Shown in pieces: positions 41,622 to 51,557 of a stretch of 64,000 nucleotides of DNA. The translations under genes and the position numbers were made by a program. The first letter of the stretch is position 1. Every line of letters begins with the position of its first letter. A model generated the notes under the pieces. That model was given only the letters and a program-made list of their open reading frames with translations. It was not told the DNA's origin and ran no database searches. The stretch lies in the NCBI GenBank assembly GCA_050173015.1, contig JBFXLE010000001.1, positions 256,001-320,000 of the forward strand. Reading direction: 5' to 3'. The DNA comes from Calditrichaceae bacterium (GTDB lineage Bacteria > Calditrichota > Calditrichia > Calditrichales > JBFXGD01).

Positions 41622-41832
41622 ATTTTCTCCACTTATCTAAAATTAAAATGATTTACCGGATATAAATGAATGCTAAAGACTGTTATATAGCATCAAACAA
41701 AAATTCACGCTTTTGATTGATCATAGAATAAAGAAAATTTTTATCTTGTTCAATTAATAATTAATATTAGTTATACTTTATATATGATTCGCCCGTTCAA
41801 AAAGTAATTCTTATAACACGGAGATTCCATCA

Positions 41833-43608
41833 ATGCAGTCCATAAAATCTGTTTTGGTTGTTGAGGATGATGAAGCTATACGTTTAGCTATGTCGCGTAT
41901 TCTTGACTTGACAGGTGAATATGAAGTTATTTTGGCTGAAGACGGTAAAGTCGCGTTAAAAAAAATGGAAAATTTTGTTCCTGATATGGTCATATCAGAT
42001 ATCAGTATGCCGGAGATGGATGGTATCGAGTTATGCAGGAAAATACGGGGGAATGAGATCACCAGGACTCTGCCATTTGTTTTCCTGACCGCTAAAAAGG
42101 AATTATTAGTAGAAGGAATGAAAGCCGGCGGCGATGATTTCATCAACAAACCGTTTAAGGTTGATGAAGTACTTGCAAAAATTGAAGCTATTTTTAGAAG
42201 GGTCGAAAATTCCAGACAGCAGGCCAATGAAATTAAGGGAAATCTCTCGGAGTACGCTTTTGAAGATATACTTGAATTGTGCCATCGTGAGAGTATCAGC
42301 GGTGAACTTACACTTCAAAAAAGCGGGGAAACGGGGATTATAAAACTCGAACGAGGCGATATAACAAATATTCAATATAAGGGGCTGGCAGATGATGAAG
42401 CCCTGGATATTCTGAGGGGGTGGGGAACTGGTATCTTTGTCATCAGGACCGGCGGGATGAAGCTGAAGTCGGGTTTTAAATTGTATAAACCGGATGAACA
42501 CGATTTAACCGAACCCGTTCAAATTGCCAGGAACACATGGTGGATAGGATACCGGAATCCTGATACGCTGCTTCAGATGAATGTATATCTGCGGCAATTT
42601 CCGAGCGGTGAAAAAAAAATCAATTATCTGATCGATCCCGGCGCGCCGGTTGATTTTCCTGTTATCTCAGAAAAAATTTCGAAATTGGTAGGGAGTATTT
42701 CTCATATACATTTATACAGTCTGAATAATCCGGATCCGGATGTGTGTATGAACAGCATGTTTATAAGAAAAGCAAACAGAAAGGCGATTTGTCTGACAAC
42801 TGAGGATAACTGGCGGTTGATCTCACATTATGAAATTAATCCGCAGAGCGTTAAGCTTACAAATACGTTTAAGGACTGGAAAATGTCTTTAACAACCGGG
42901 CATGACATACAATTTATACCGGCTCCGTTTGCGCCCGGGAAAGGGGCCTTTCTTATTTATGACTTAAACTCCCGCGTGCTTTTTACGGGGGATTTGTTTG
43001 GAGGAATCAGTGACGCGGGAAGAATAAATACACTGTACGCGGGAGACGAAGACTGGGAGGGAATCAGGGCATTCCACCAGTTTCACATGCCGGGTCGCAG
43101 AGCGATATCCCAAGTTCTGGATGAGATAAAGACGCTCAATCCTGCGCCTCTTATGATCGCGCCGCAGCATGGTAATATTATTAGAGGTTCGCTGCTAAAT
43201 GAATTCCTGGAACGTCTCTACTATCTTGATGTCGGCGTGGATCTGATTGGCAAAGAGAGCAAATCACCGATTGCGGAATTATGTATGGAAGCATCAAACG
43301 AGTTAATTGAAGAAGCGCTCTCGTTTATGACCAAAGAACGGATTATATCCAAGCTGAATTCAAATGCAAAATTGAATTCCATCTGCACATTTAGGGATGG
43401 ATTGATCGAAAAAATACACAACAGCCCTGATCTTGTTTTTGGAGAATTAAGTATGAGTCTCATTGAAAACGAACCCATCACGACAATGAATCACTTAAAA
43501 TCACTTGCATTGAAAATTGCGTTTGCCAAAGGCCTGCAGGCTCCGTCTCTGGATTGGGAAGGTACGGAAACCACACTAAAAAAATTACCTGATCATTTTT
43601 TTGATTAA
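41833..43608 (+). CDS. Response regulator: REC + DUF4388-like + ODP-like metallo-beta-lactamase-fold domain
   Basis: REC (VVEDD, ISDISMPEMDG, FLTA, KPF); linker IKGNLSEYAFEDILEL...SGELTL; ODP-like region (TWWIG, LQMNVYL, LIDPG, PDPDV, VLFTGDLFG, FHQFHMP, IAPQHG). Confidence 0.85.
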   Translation: MQSIKSVLVVEDDEAIRLAMSRILDLTGEYEVILAEDGKVALKKMENFVPDMVISDISMPEMDGIELCRKIRGNEITRTLPFVFLTAKKELLVEGMKAGGDDFINKPFKVDEVLAKIEAIFRRVENSRQQANEIKGNLSEYAFEDILELCHRESISGELTLQKSGETGIIKLERGDITNIQYKGLADDEALDILRGWGTGIFVIRTGGMKLKSGFKLYKPDEHDLTEPVQIARNTWWIGYRNPDTLLQMNVYLRQFPSGEKKINYLIDPGAPVDFPVISEKISKLVGSISHIHLYSLNNPDPDVCMNSMFIRKANRKAICLTTEDNWRLISHYEINPQSVKLTNTFKDWKMSLTTGHDIQFIPAPFAPGKGAFLIYDLNSRVLFTGDLFGGISDAGRINTLYAGDEDWEGIRAFHQFHMPGRRAISQVLDEIKTLNPAPLMIAPQHGNIIRGSLLNEFLERLYYLDVGVDLIGKESKSPIAELCMEASNELIEEALSFMTKERIISKLNSNAKLNSICTFRDGLIEKIHNSPDLVFGELSMSLIENEPITTMNHLKSLALKIAFAKGLQAPSLDWEGTETTLKKLPDHFFD

Positions 43609-43623
43609 TATGGGAGAACTGAT

Positions 43624-44688
43624 TTGCGAATCGCGTTAATCACCTCCTGGCCTATGGATGAAAGAATCGGCAGCGGAGTGGTGAGGATGTTTCGGGGGCT
43701 GAATGAGGGATTTAAATCCAACGGACATCAAAGTATCATTGTTCACCCTGATTATGATGAATCAGATCCGCTAAAGCTGGCGAATCGCAGACTTGCATAT
43801 AACCGGCGGCTGAAAGATAAAAAGTTTTCAGATTTTGATCTGATCATCGCCAGCGATTTTGACGGTTTTACATTGTCGGGTGAGGTACTGAACAGATTTG
43901 TCGTTATCAGCGCCGGATTAATGACCGAGTTAGTGGAATTTGAGGAAGGCAGTCAAAAAAAGATTATCAGGCATCTGTCCTGTCGGGAAAAACAAAACCT
44001 GATGCAGGCGCAAAAAATCATAACACCTTCCAAATACTGCGCCGATGCGGTAAACAGGTTGTACGGCATTTCTAAAGAAAAAATATATCAGGTTCCGCTT
44101 GGTATAAATTTTAATGAATGGGATCATTATCTTAATAATTTCAAAGTAGTGGCGAAGGAAGGCATCAATATTTTATGTGTAGCGCGTCAATACCGGCGTA
44201 AGGGAATCAATGATCTTCTCCTGGCGTTCTCTATGGTACGGAGAACGGTAACGAATGCTTCTTTGTCGATTGTAGGCGGCGGCCCGGATGAGGAACGAAA
44301 CAAACAAATCGTTCAGGAACTCGGGCTTAATGATTCGGTCAAATTTTACGGTGATGTACTCAACAGGGCAGTGATGGCGTCATTTTATAAAAAAGCTGAT
44401 ATCTTTTGTCTTCCCAGTTATCATGAAACCTTCGGACTAGTTTTTCTGGAAGCAATGGCCGCCGGGTTACCGGTTGTCGCCTACTCATCAACCGCTATTC
44501 CGGAATTAATTGCTTCCGAAGAAGGGATTCTTTGTGAAAAAGGAAATATTAACGCGTTAGCCTATCGTTTGATTGATCTTTGTAAAAATGTAACAAAAAG
44601 GGAACAATTAGGCGCGGGCGGCATCAAAAAAGCGCAGTTCTATAAATGGGATACCACATCAGCAAAAATTGCCGAAATATGCGGGTAA
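43624..44688 (+). CDS. Glycosyltransferase family 4
   Basis: GSGVVR, RRKGINDLL and ADIFCLPSYHETFGLVFLEAMAAGLPVV motifs. Confidence 0.93.
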   Translation: MRIALITSWPMDERIGSGVVRMFRGLNEGFKSNGHQSIIVHPDYDESDPLKLANRRLAYNRRLKDKKFSDFDLIIASDFDGFTLSGEVLNRFVVISAGLMTELVEFEEGSQKKIIRHLSCREKQNLMQAQKIITPSKYCADAVNRLYGISKEKIYQVPLGINFNEWDHYLNNFKVVAKEGINILCVARQYRRKGINDLLLAFSMVRRTVTNASLSIVGGGPDEERNKQIVQELGLNDSVKFYGDVLNRAVMASFYKKADIFCLPSYHETFGLVFLEAMAAGLPVVAYSSTAIPELIASEEGILCEKGNINALAYRLIDLCKNVTKREQLGAGGIKKAQFYKWDTTSAKIAEICG

Positions 44689-44727
44689 AGATCGGCCCGG
44701 ATTAAAGGAAGGGGATATATAATCTTA

Positions 44728-45153
44728 ATGGAACAAAATTTAACGATAAGTAAAAAGTTTGAATTTTCAGCCAGTCACCGTTATTGGAGAGAAGACTGGT
44801 CGGAGGAAGAAAATATCCGTCACTTTGGTCTTTGCACAAGCCCATATGGTCATGGCCACAATTATGAACTTCATGTGACCATCAGCGGAAAAATTGATCA
44901 GAGAACCGGCATGCTCATCAATTTAACGGATTTGAAAAAAACGGTCAAAACAATCATTGAGCAATTTGATCACAAGTTTTTAAATTTGGATACTCCTTAT
45001 TTTAAGGATATAATCCCGACGACCGAAAATATTGCCCTGGTGCTTTTTCGCTTAATTGATGAAAAAATTTCTGGACGCGATAATATCAGGCTCGAACGGA
45101 TCAGATTATATGAACGTCACGATCTTTACGCGGATGTCCGGAGGAGCATATAA
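44728..45153 (+). CDS. 6-pyruvoyl-tetrahydropterin synthase, type II signature (copy 1)
   Basis: FEFSASHRY, CTSPYGHGHNY (CX5HGH), TGMLINL, DHKFLN and TTENIA motifs. Confidence 0.92.
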   Translation: MEQNLTISKKFEFSASHRYWREDWSEEENIRHFGLCTSPYGHGHNYELHVTISGKIDQRTGMLINLTDLKKTVKTIIEQFDHKFLNLDTPYFKDIIPTTENIALVLFRLIDEKISGRDNIRLERIRLYERHDLYADVRRSI

Positions 45154-45572
45154 TGACTCCGGAAGTAAGTTTGAGCCGTTCATATATATTTAGCGCCGCG
45201 CATCGTCTTCACTCATCTGTTTTATCAGAATCTGAAAATATTGATGTTTATGATAAATGTAATAACTTTAACGGTCACGGACATGATTATACATTAGAAG
45301 TGACTGTCGCGGGTAAACCGAATCCCAATACGGGTATGATAATTCCTTTACCATTATTGGATGATTCCGTAAATTCGCTGTTAAAACAAATGGATCACCG
45401 GCATCTTGATATGGAGGTCGGATATTTTAATACTCATATATCCACCGGGGAAATTATTATTCAGTATTTATGGAAAGAACTGGAGAGAAGAATCCCTGAC
45501 GGAAAGCTGTATCACTTAAAGCTGTGGGAAACCAATAATAATTATTTCGAAATCGGAAAGGAGAATATATAA
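45153..45572 (+). CDS. 6-pyruvoyl-tetrahydropterin synthase, type II signature (copy 2)
   Basis: [18 protein letters not shown] (CX5HGH), TGMII, DHRHLD and LWETNNN motifs. Confidence 0.92.
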   Translation: MTPEVSLSRSYIFSAAHRLHSSVLSESENIDVYDKCNNFNGHGHDYTLEVTVAGKPNPNTGMIIPLPLLDDSVNSLLKQMDHRHLDMEVGYFNTHISTGEIIIQYLWKELERRIPDGKLYHLKLWETNNNYFEIGKENI

Positions 45573-46141
45573 TGGAAGGAATGGAAGGGGCGGTAAAAAC
45601 AATTCTGCAGGATATCGGAGAAGATCCGTCCCGTCAAGGATTGGACAGAACACCGTTCCGCGTGGCAAAAATGTACCGTGAAGTGACAAAAGGGTACAAG
45701 ATGGATCCTGAAAAACTGATTAACGGCGCTATCTATGATGTTAAATACGATGAGATGGTTGTAGTGGCGAATATTGAATATTATAGTTTGTGTGAGCATC
45801 ATCTCCTTCCTTTTTTCGGTGTGGCCCATGTGGGCTACATTCCTAATGGTAAGGTTGTGGGACTGAGTAAAATTCCACGGCTTGTTGAGATGTTTGCAAG
45901 GCGGCTGCAAGTCCAGGAAAATATGACCCAGCAAATAGCGGATACGATCAATCATTATCTTAATCCGCAAGGAGTTGGGGTGGTCGTGGAAGGTCAGCAC
46001 ATGTGCATGATGATGCGCGGTGTGCAGAAAGATCAGGCCAAAATGATCACATCGGCAATGATTGGCGATTTTAAAGATGATGAAAAGACCAGATCGGAAT
46101 TCTTACATTTAATCAGGAGTGAACGTGTTACCGGTTTCTAA
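45572..46141 (+). CDS. folE: GTP cyclohydrolase I
   Basis: [34 protein letters not shown] and HMCMMMRGV motifs. Confidence 0.97.
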   Translation: MEGMEGAVKTILQDIGEDPSRQGLDRTPFRVAKMYREVTKGYKMDPEKLINGAIYDVKYDEMVVVANIEYYSLCEHHLLPFFGVAHVGYIPNGKVVGLSKIPRLVEMFARRLQVQENMTQQIADTINHYLNPQGVGVVVEGQHMCMMMRGVQKDQAKMITSAMIGDFKDDEKTRSEFLHLIRSERVTGF

Positions 46142-46835
46142 ATTAGCGATTGTAACCGGCGCCAGCCGGGGTATTGGCGCGACCATCTCAAGAGTTCTTG
46201 CCGAGCATGGCATGGGTGTGTTAATGCTGGCACGATCCGAGCAGGGATTGAGCGATGTTTCAAACTATATCCAGGCCGAAGGCGGATACCCGTTCGTGCT
46301 GCCGGTTGATCTGAGTCTGGCCTCTGATGTTGAAAAAGTGGTACGATTTGTGGATCAATTTGAAGGAGATTTGACAACTGTGGTACATAATGCCGGCATC
46401 GCCCGGGTAGGCAAAATTGAGAACCTGTCCCTTGCTGACTGGCGGCGGGTGCTTGATATGAATCTGACCGCGCCGTTTATGCTGACTCAAAAGCTTATCC
46501 CAAAAATGAAATCGGGGGGGCAATTTATTTTTGTGAATTCTGTCGCCGGAAAAACAGCTTTTCCTGAATGGGCGGCCTACAGCGCGTCAAAATTCGGTCT
46601 GAGAGCTTTTGCCGACACTTTGCGTCAGGAAGTGAGATCAAAAGGCATCCGTGTAACCACCATTTTCCCATCCGCGGTCGATACAAAACTCCATGAAGAT
46701 CTTCCCTATGACTGGGACAGGTCGAAGATGCTGAAATCGGTGGATGTGGCGAATGCGGTTGTATATTGCATTAAACAGCCGGCTTCAATGAATATCAATG
46801 AAATTGATATGGAAAATATGGCGGGAATATTCTGA
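46119..46835 (+). CDS. SDR oxidoreductase, candidate sepiapterin reductase (start may be the GTG at 46125)
   Basis: [17 protein letters not shown] and YSASK motifs. Overlaps folE in a pterin operon. Confidence 0.85.
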   Translation: MNVLPVSKLAIVTGASRGIGATISRVLAEHGMGVLMLARSEQGLSDVSNYIQAEGGYPFVLPVDLSLASDVEKVVRFVDQFEGDLTTVVHNAGIARVGKIENLSLADWRRVLDMNLTAPFMLTQKLIPKMKSGGQFIFVNSVAGKTAFPEWAAYSASKFGLRAFADTLRQEVRSKGIRVTTIFPSAVDTKLHEDLPYDWDRSKMLKSVDVANAVVYCIKQPASMNINEIDMENMAGIF

Positions 46836-46844
46836 GATTCTGAT

Positions 46845-46883
46845 AAAAAAAAGCCCGGCGCGATTATGCGGCCGGGCTTTTTT
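46845..46883. terminator. Bidirectional terminator
   Basis: A8-GCCCGGC...GCCGGGC-T6 between the convergent SDR and trpB2 genes. Confidence 0.88.
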
Positions 46884-46885
46884 AT

Positions 46886-48250
46886 TTATGGTACCTTCGG
46901 AAGGTCCTTAATGGCATTCAGAGCCCGTTCAATCTCCTCTTCCGGGAGGACATGATCGATCAACTGTTTATCAAAATACCGGTCGTATGATGCCATATCA
47001 AAGTGCCCGTGTCCGCTGAGATTAAACAGAATGGTTTTCTCTTTTCCCTCTTCACGCGCTTTTATCGCTTCGTCAATGGCCGCTTTGACCGCGTGAGATG
47101 ATTCGGGCGCGGGAATAATACCTTCCGTGCGTGAAAATGTAATCGCCGCGTCAAATACTTCCAGCTGTTGATATGCGCGGGCGCGTATGATGCCCTCATG
47201 ATGAAGCTGACTCACTAACGGTGCCATCCCGTGATAGCGTAATCCACCCGCATGAATAGCCGGAGGAACAAAATCGTGTCCCAATGTATGCATCGCCACC
47301 AGTGGCGTTAATTGGGCGGTGTCTCCAAAATCGTACGCGTAAGGTCCGCGGGTAAGGGTCGGGCAGGAAGAGGGCTCAACGGCGATGATATCAATATTTT
47401 TACCGTTTATTTTATCACGGACAAAAGGAAACGACAGACCGGCAAAATTACTTCCGCCTCCCACACAACCAATGACGACATCGGGATAATCATTAACCAT
47501 CGCCATTTGTTTTAAGGCTTCTTCACCAATAATGGTTTGATGCATCAAGACATGATTCAAAACGCTTCCGAGTGAATAGTTGGTATCCTCACGGGTGGCT
47601 GCTTCCTCAACCGCTTCGCTGATAGCGATTCCAAGACTTCCCGGTGAATCGGGATTCTTTTCAAGGATCTGTCTGCCGGAATTGGTTTCAGTACTGGGAC
47701 TGGGAACGACCGTCGCCCCCCATACATGCATCATGGATCTTCTAAACGGTTTTTGCTCGTAACTTACTTTTACCATAAACACTTTGCATTCAAGACCGAA
47801 ATAATTACAGGCGAGAGCAAGCGCGCTGCCCCATTGGCCGGCTCCTGTTTCGGTGGACAAGCGTTTGATGCCCGCTTGTTTATTGTAATAAGCCTGAGCG
47901 ATGGCCGTATTTGGTTTGTGACTTCCGGCAGGACTGACACCTTCGTATTTATAATAAATGCGGGCAGGTGTTTTAAGTGTTTTTTCCAGGCTTTTTGCTC
48001 TTATTAACGGTGACGGTCTCCATTGAAGATAAATATTTAAGATTTCTTCCGGTATCGGGATAAACTGATTTGTGGAAACTTCCTGTTCGATCAATGACAT
48101 CGGAAATAGAGGCGCTAAATCCTGCGGGCCGATCGGTTGTCTGGTACCCGGATGTAAAGGTGGTTTAGGCGGTGACGGCAAATCCGCGCAGATATTGTAC
48201 CATTCCCGTGGTATATCATCTTCTTTTAGTATTATTTTGATTTTTCCCAT
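46886..48250 (-). CDS. trpB2: TrpB2-type tryptophan synthase beta (stand-alone)
   Basis: [49 protein letters not shown] and NLSGHGHFD motifs; no trpA nearby. Confidence 0.95.
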   Translation of the reverse strand: MGKIKIILKEDDIPREWYNICADLPSPPKPPLHPGTRQPIGPQDLAPLFPMSLIEQEVSTNQFIPIPEEILNIYLQWRPSPLIRAKSLEKTLKTPARIYYKYEGVSPAGSHKPNTAIAQAYYNKQAGIKRLSTETGAGQWGSALALACNYFGLECKVFMVKVSYEQKPFRRSMMHVWGATVVPSPSTETNSGRQILEKNPDSPGSLGIAISEAVEEAATREDTNYSLGSVLNHVLMHQTIIGEEALKQMAMVNDYPDVVIGCVGGGSNFAGLSFPFVRDKINGKNIDIIAVEPSSCPTLTRGPYAYDFGDTAQLTPLVAMHTLGHDFVPPAIHAGGLRYHGMAPLVSQLHHEGIIRARAYQQLEVFDAAITFSRTEGIIPAPESSHAVKAAIDEAIKAREEGKEKTILFNLSGHGHFDMASYDRYFDKQLIDHVLPEEEIERALNAIKDLPKVP

Positions 48251-48559
48251 AAACTATTCCCCCCTTTATTTGTTATGATTATTTTCATCCATTGAGTTCG
48301 AATATTATAATAGTTGAGCTAATTCAGGATAACGCTGTCTGGTATTAAAAAATTCGGGACAGAGTGATGGCCCATATCAGAAATGCTTTACTATAAAACC
48401 GCAAGCAATATCGTGAAAGCGCTGCCTTATTAATAATATTCAATTATACCAAGAGGAAATGATGTTTTATCGCACAAATTTAATAAAAAAATGGAGTGAT
48501 TTTATCATAGGATTAAAGGACGCGGTTAGCTCCGGAAACCGGTATTGATCCGCTGCAGA

Positions 48560-49474
48560 TTATCTTTCATTTTGTCTTAACCATTCCAATACCGCGAGAA
48601 AATGATCATCAACCGCGTCTTTGTGGGTTAACATGCTGATATGGTCGTAATCATGCCGGTTTCCGTTGGATTTTGAAAGTATGAGTTCTTTAGAGACGTG
48701 TTTTCCCGATTCATTTATAAAATCCCGGACATCTTTGGGATGCCCCAGACACCGGTCATTAAGACCGGAAAGATATAAGGTCGGCGGTAAGGAAAAATTT
48801 GAAAGCGTCTCTCCGTAGTCAAAATGGTCATCCGTATCACGCCATGACGATCGTTTTACCCACAATTTGCTTTGACGGTGCGATTTGGCTGACTCATTAT
48901 CCGATCCGATTCCATACTTTTTCGCCGGAAGATAACCATAGAATTTTACGAGCAAGCCGCAAAAGCCCTTCCAGATTAAATCTATTTTAAAAAGTCGATG
49001 TAAGTTCCACACCCGCACATTACGCTTTACCCCAAAATATGCCATTGAACGGACTAACCGGCGGTGACGATTAAACCTGGCCAGATATGAAGAGAGCAAT
49101 ACCCCTCCCCAGGAGTGAGCTATCCAGTGCTGGGATACTTCACCGCGAATCCGCACAATCTGGTTGATAAAGGCGGGGATGTCTTCAGTGATGTTCTCGG
49201 TTTGCCCATAAGTCGATTTTTGACTGACCCGCGGTTTGCTTAAACCATGGCCGCGAAGATCCGCGATATATACGTCATATCCTTCATTTGCCAGAAAAGA
49301 AGCCAGTCCCCTGCCGGAATCACTGTAAAAAATTCGTCCGTTTTCAATGGCGCCGTGGAGCATAAAAACCGGTATGCCATCAGGATTTTTATAAATTCTT
49401 TTTAAATGAAGCGTGTCGGTTTGAGTAACGCGTATAAAGTAGGATTCCTGACTCAGTGGATTTTGACTCATCAT
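48560..49474 (-). CDS. Alpha/beta hydrolase
   Basis: LHGAIENG, DLRGHGLS, AHSWGG and YDHISML motifs. Confidence 0.88.
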   Translation of the reverse strand: MMSQNPLSQESYFIRVTQTDTLHLKRIYKNPDGIPVFMLHGAIENGRIFYSDSGRGLASFLANEGYDVYIADLRGHGLSKPRVSQKSTYGQTENITEDIPAFINQIVRIRGEVSQHWIAHSWGGVLLSSYLARFNRHRRLVRSMAYFGVKRNVRVWNLHRLFKIDLIWKGFCGLLVKFYGYLPAKKYGIGSDNESAKSHRQSKLWVKRSSWRDTDDHFDYGETLSNFSLPPTLYLSGLNDRCLGHPKDVRDFINESGKHVSKELILSKSNGNRHDYDHISMLTHKDAVDDHFLAVLEWLRQNER

Positions 49475-49517
49475 AAAGGGATCTGCATTTTAACTGGGTA
49501 TTCATTGAAAGAAATGG

Positions 49518-49551
49518 AAAACCCCTCTCATCCGGAAACGGGAGGGGTTTT
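49518..49551 (-). terminator. Terminator after the downstream pepF
   Basis: AAAACCCCTC...GAGGGGTTTT. Confidence 0.75.
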
Positions 49552-49567
49552 GAATATAATAAAATAA

Positions 49568-51448
49568 TTATTGTTTATCGAGAATATTCTCGATTTCATC
49601 CATAATCCGGTTCATTTTCTGCATGGCAAGGTCGAACGGTTCGGAAGTAGTCATATCAATTCCGACTTTTTTCAAAATTGGAATCGCGTAGTCGGAAGAA
49701 CCCGCGCTAAGAAATTCAAGATAACGGTCTCTCATTTCGGGACCGCCGGTCAACATTTTCTCCGCGAGCGCGCTTGAGGCGCAGAATGATGTGGCGTATT
49801 GAAAAACGTAAAAATTATAATAAAAATGGGGGATATACGCCCATTCAATTCCATAAAGATCGTCAATGACGGTAACACCCTGATCATGACCGTAATACTG
49901 TTTTAAAAGATCAAGATAGACTTTGCTCAGGGCTTCGCCGGTCAATGTTTCGCCTTTTTCAGCCATATCATGAATTTTTAGTTCAAACTCCGCGAACATG
50001 GTTTGGCGGAACAGTGTGGTTCTAAAACCTTCCAGATAGCTTCCGAGAAGAGATAGTCTTTTTTCAGGATCCTTAATCTGCTGCAATTCATAATCGATCA
50101 GCAAAGCTTCATTGGAGGTTGACGCGACTTCCGCCAGAAAGGTCGGATATTGAGAATCGACATACGGCTGTTTTTTGTTTGAATAATAACTATGCATGGT
50201 GTGGCCAAGTTCGTGCGCCAGGGTGCTTACGTCATCATATTTCCCGTTATAGTTCATCAGGATGTATGGGTGGACATCGTAAGACACGCCTTCGGAATAC
50301 GCGCCCGATCGTTTTCCGGTGGTCGGATACATATCAATCCAGCGGTTATTGAAAGCGATATCAAGTGTGGCGAGATAGGGGCTTCCAAGGGGCTTGAGGG
50401 CTTCCATGATCGCCTTTTGGGCTTCTTCAACGGTAAATTTCATATCCACTTCTTTAACCAGTGAAGGATACATATCATAATATCTCAGCTCATCCACACC
50501 GAGCATACGTTTTCTCAACTTCAGATAACGGTGCAGGGTGGGAAGGTGTTTATGAGTACTCTCAATAAGACCGGTATAGACAGTAACCGGGATGTTATCG
50601 GAATCCAGCGCGCTTTCCAGGGATGAAGTGTAATTGCGCGCGTTTTTGTAGAACATATCTTTTTTGATCTGCGAATAAAGTTGGGTACCAAAGGTGCGGT
50701 TATATTTATTAAGAGAACCAAAAAATGTTTCAAAAACTTTTTTCCGGTCTTCACGAACATTGCTGGCCCGGTTGAGTGAATATCCCGCCGCGTCAAGATA
50801 TACTTCTTCTCCGTTCGCTAAATTGATAGTCGGATACGGGAAATCCGCGTTGCTGAAAATGCTGTAAATATCATCCGGAGATCCGGCCATAATTCCGGCA
50901 TCGGCGATGAGTTTTTCTTCGCCGGGACTCAAAGTATGCGGTTTAAGACGCTGGATATCGCTGATGTACTGCCTGAAAGTTTTTAGCTTTGGTTCGGATT
51001 TGAAAAAACCGTCAAGTTTTTTTTGTTCAATAGATAGGATTTCGGGCCGGATAAAAGAACTGGCTGTTTGAAAGTCCGTGCCCAGCTGGCTGATTTCCTG
51101 CTTCATGGCGAGCGCTCCGGATTCTCTGGTATCCTGATCGGAGAGCATCATCGCATAGGCGTAAAGACGCGCGAACTCTTTGTCAACGCTAAAATAATAA
51201 TCCAAACCCTTGTACAGGTCGCTCGCTGAAGTTCCAAGTTTCCCCTTGAGTTCAGAGAATTTATTCAGCGATGAGGCCAGGGCGTTTTTCTGAGCCGTCC
51301 AATCCTCATTTGATTTATAGAGATCCTGCAGATTCCATTTCATGTTTTCAGGAATCTGGTCTCTCGTAAGGTCTTTTTCTACGGCCTGCAAATCCGCGGC
51401 AGCCAGAAAAAACGTGATCATAAGAAACACTCCAATCAATTTATTCAT
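49568..51448 (-). CDS. pepF: Oligoendopeptidase F (M3B) with signal peptide
   Basis: GKRSGAYS, HPYILMNY, TLAHELGHTMHS, FLAEVAST and IPHFYYNFYVFQYA motifs; N-terminal hydrophobic leader. Confidence 0.94.
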   Translation of the reverse strand: MNKLIGVFLMITFFLAAADLQAVEKDLTRDQIPENMKWNLQDLYKSNEDWTAQKNALASSLNKFSELKGKLGTSASDLYKGLDYYFSVDKEFARLYAYAMMLSDQDTRESGALAMKQEISQLGTDFQTASSFIRPEILSIEQKKLDGFFKSEPKLKTFRQYISDIQRLKPHTLSPGEEKLIADAGIMAGSPDDIYSIFSNADFPYPTINLANGEEVYLDAAGYSLNRASNVREDRKKVFETFFGSLNKYNRTFGTQLYSQIKKDMFYKNARNYTSSLESALDSDNIPVTVYTGLIESTHKHLPTLHRYLKLRKRMLGVDELRYYDMYPSLVKEVDMKFTVEEAQKAIMEALKPLGSPYLATLDIAFNNRWIDMYPTTGKRSGAYSEGVSYDVHPYILMNYNGKYDDVSTLAHELGHTMHSYYSNKKQPYVDSQYPTFLAEVASTSNEALLIDYELQQIKDPEKRLSLLGSYLEGFRTTLFRQTMFAEFELKIHDMAEKGETLTGEALSKVYLDLLKQYYGHDQGVTVIDDLYGIEWAYIPHFYYNFYVFQYATSFCASSALAEKMLTGGPEMRDRYLEFLSAGSSDYAIPILKKVGIDMTTSEPFDLAMQKMNRIMDEIENILDKQ

Positions 51449-51508
51449 AAAACTCTCCCACTTTAATAAAGTAATATACCGTTTGCAAAGAACAACCAGA
51501 ATATTAAT

Positions 51509-51543
51509 AAAAAATGGCTGAAGATAAAGTTATCTCCAGCCAT
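51509..51543 (-). terminator. Terminator between the two pepF genes
   Basis: Minus strand ATGGCTGGAGATAA...TTATCTTCAGCCATTTTTT. Confidence 0.7.
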
Positions 51544-51557
51544 AAATTCAGCTCGAA

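Noticed and set aside
45140-45160. Frameshifted single two-domain PTPS (pseudogene or sequencing error)
   Set aside because: There is a clean TAATG overlap with a good RBS, the same coupling seen at the next junction to folE.
44728-45572. PTPS genes as queD because queG is in the window
   Set aside because: Both have CX5HGH rather than CX3HGH, no queC/E/F is adjacent, and queG is 8 kb away in a separate unit.
48251-48559. Trp attenuator upstream of trpB2
   Set aside because: Only a TTG-started short ORF with a single Trp codon and a weak mismatched hairpin; no convincing terminator/antiterminator pair.
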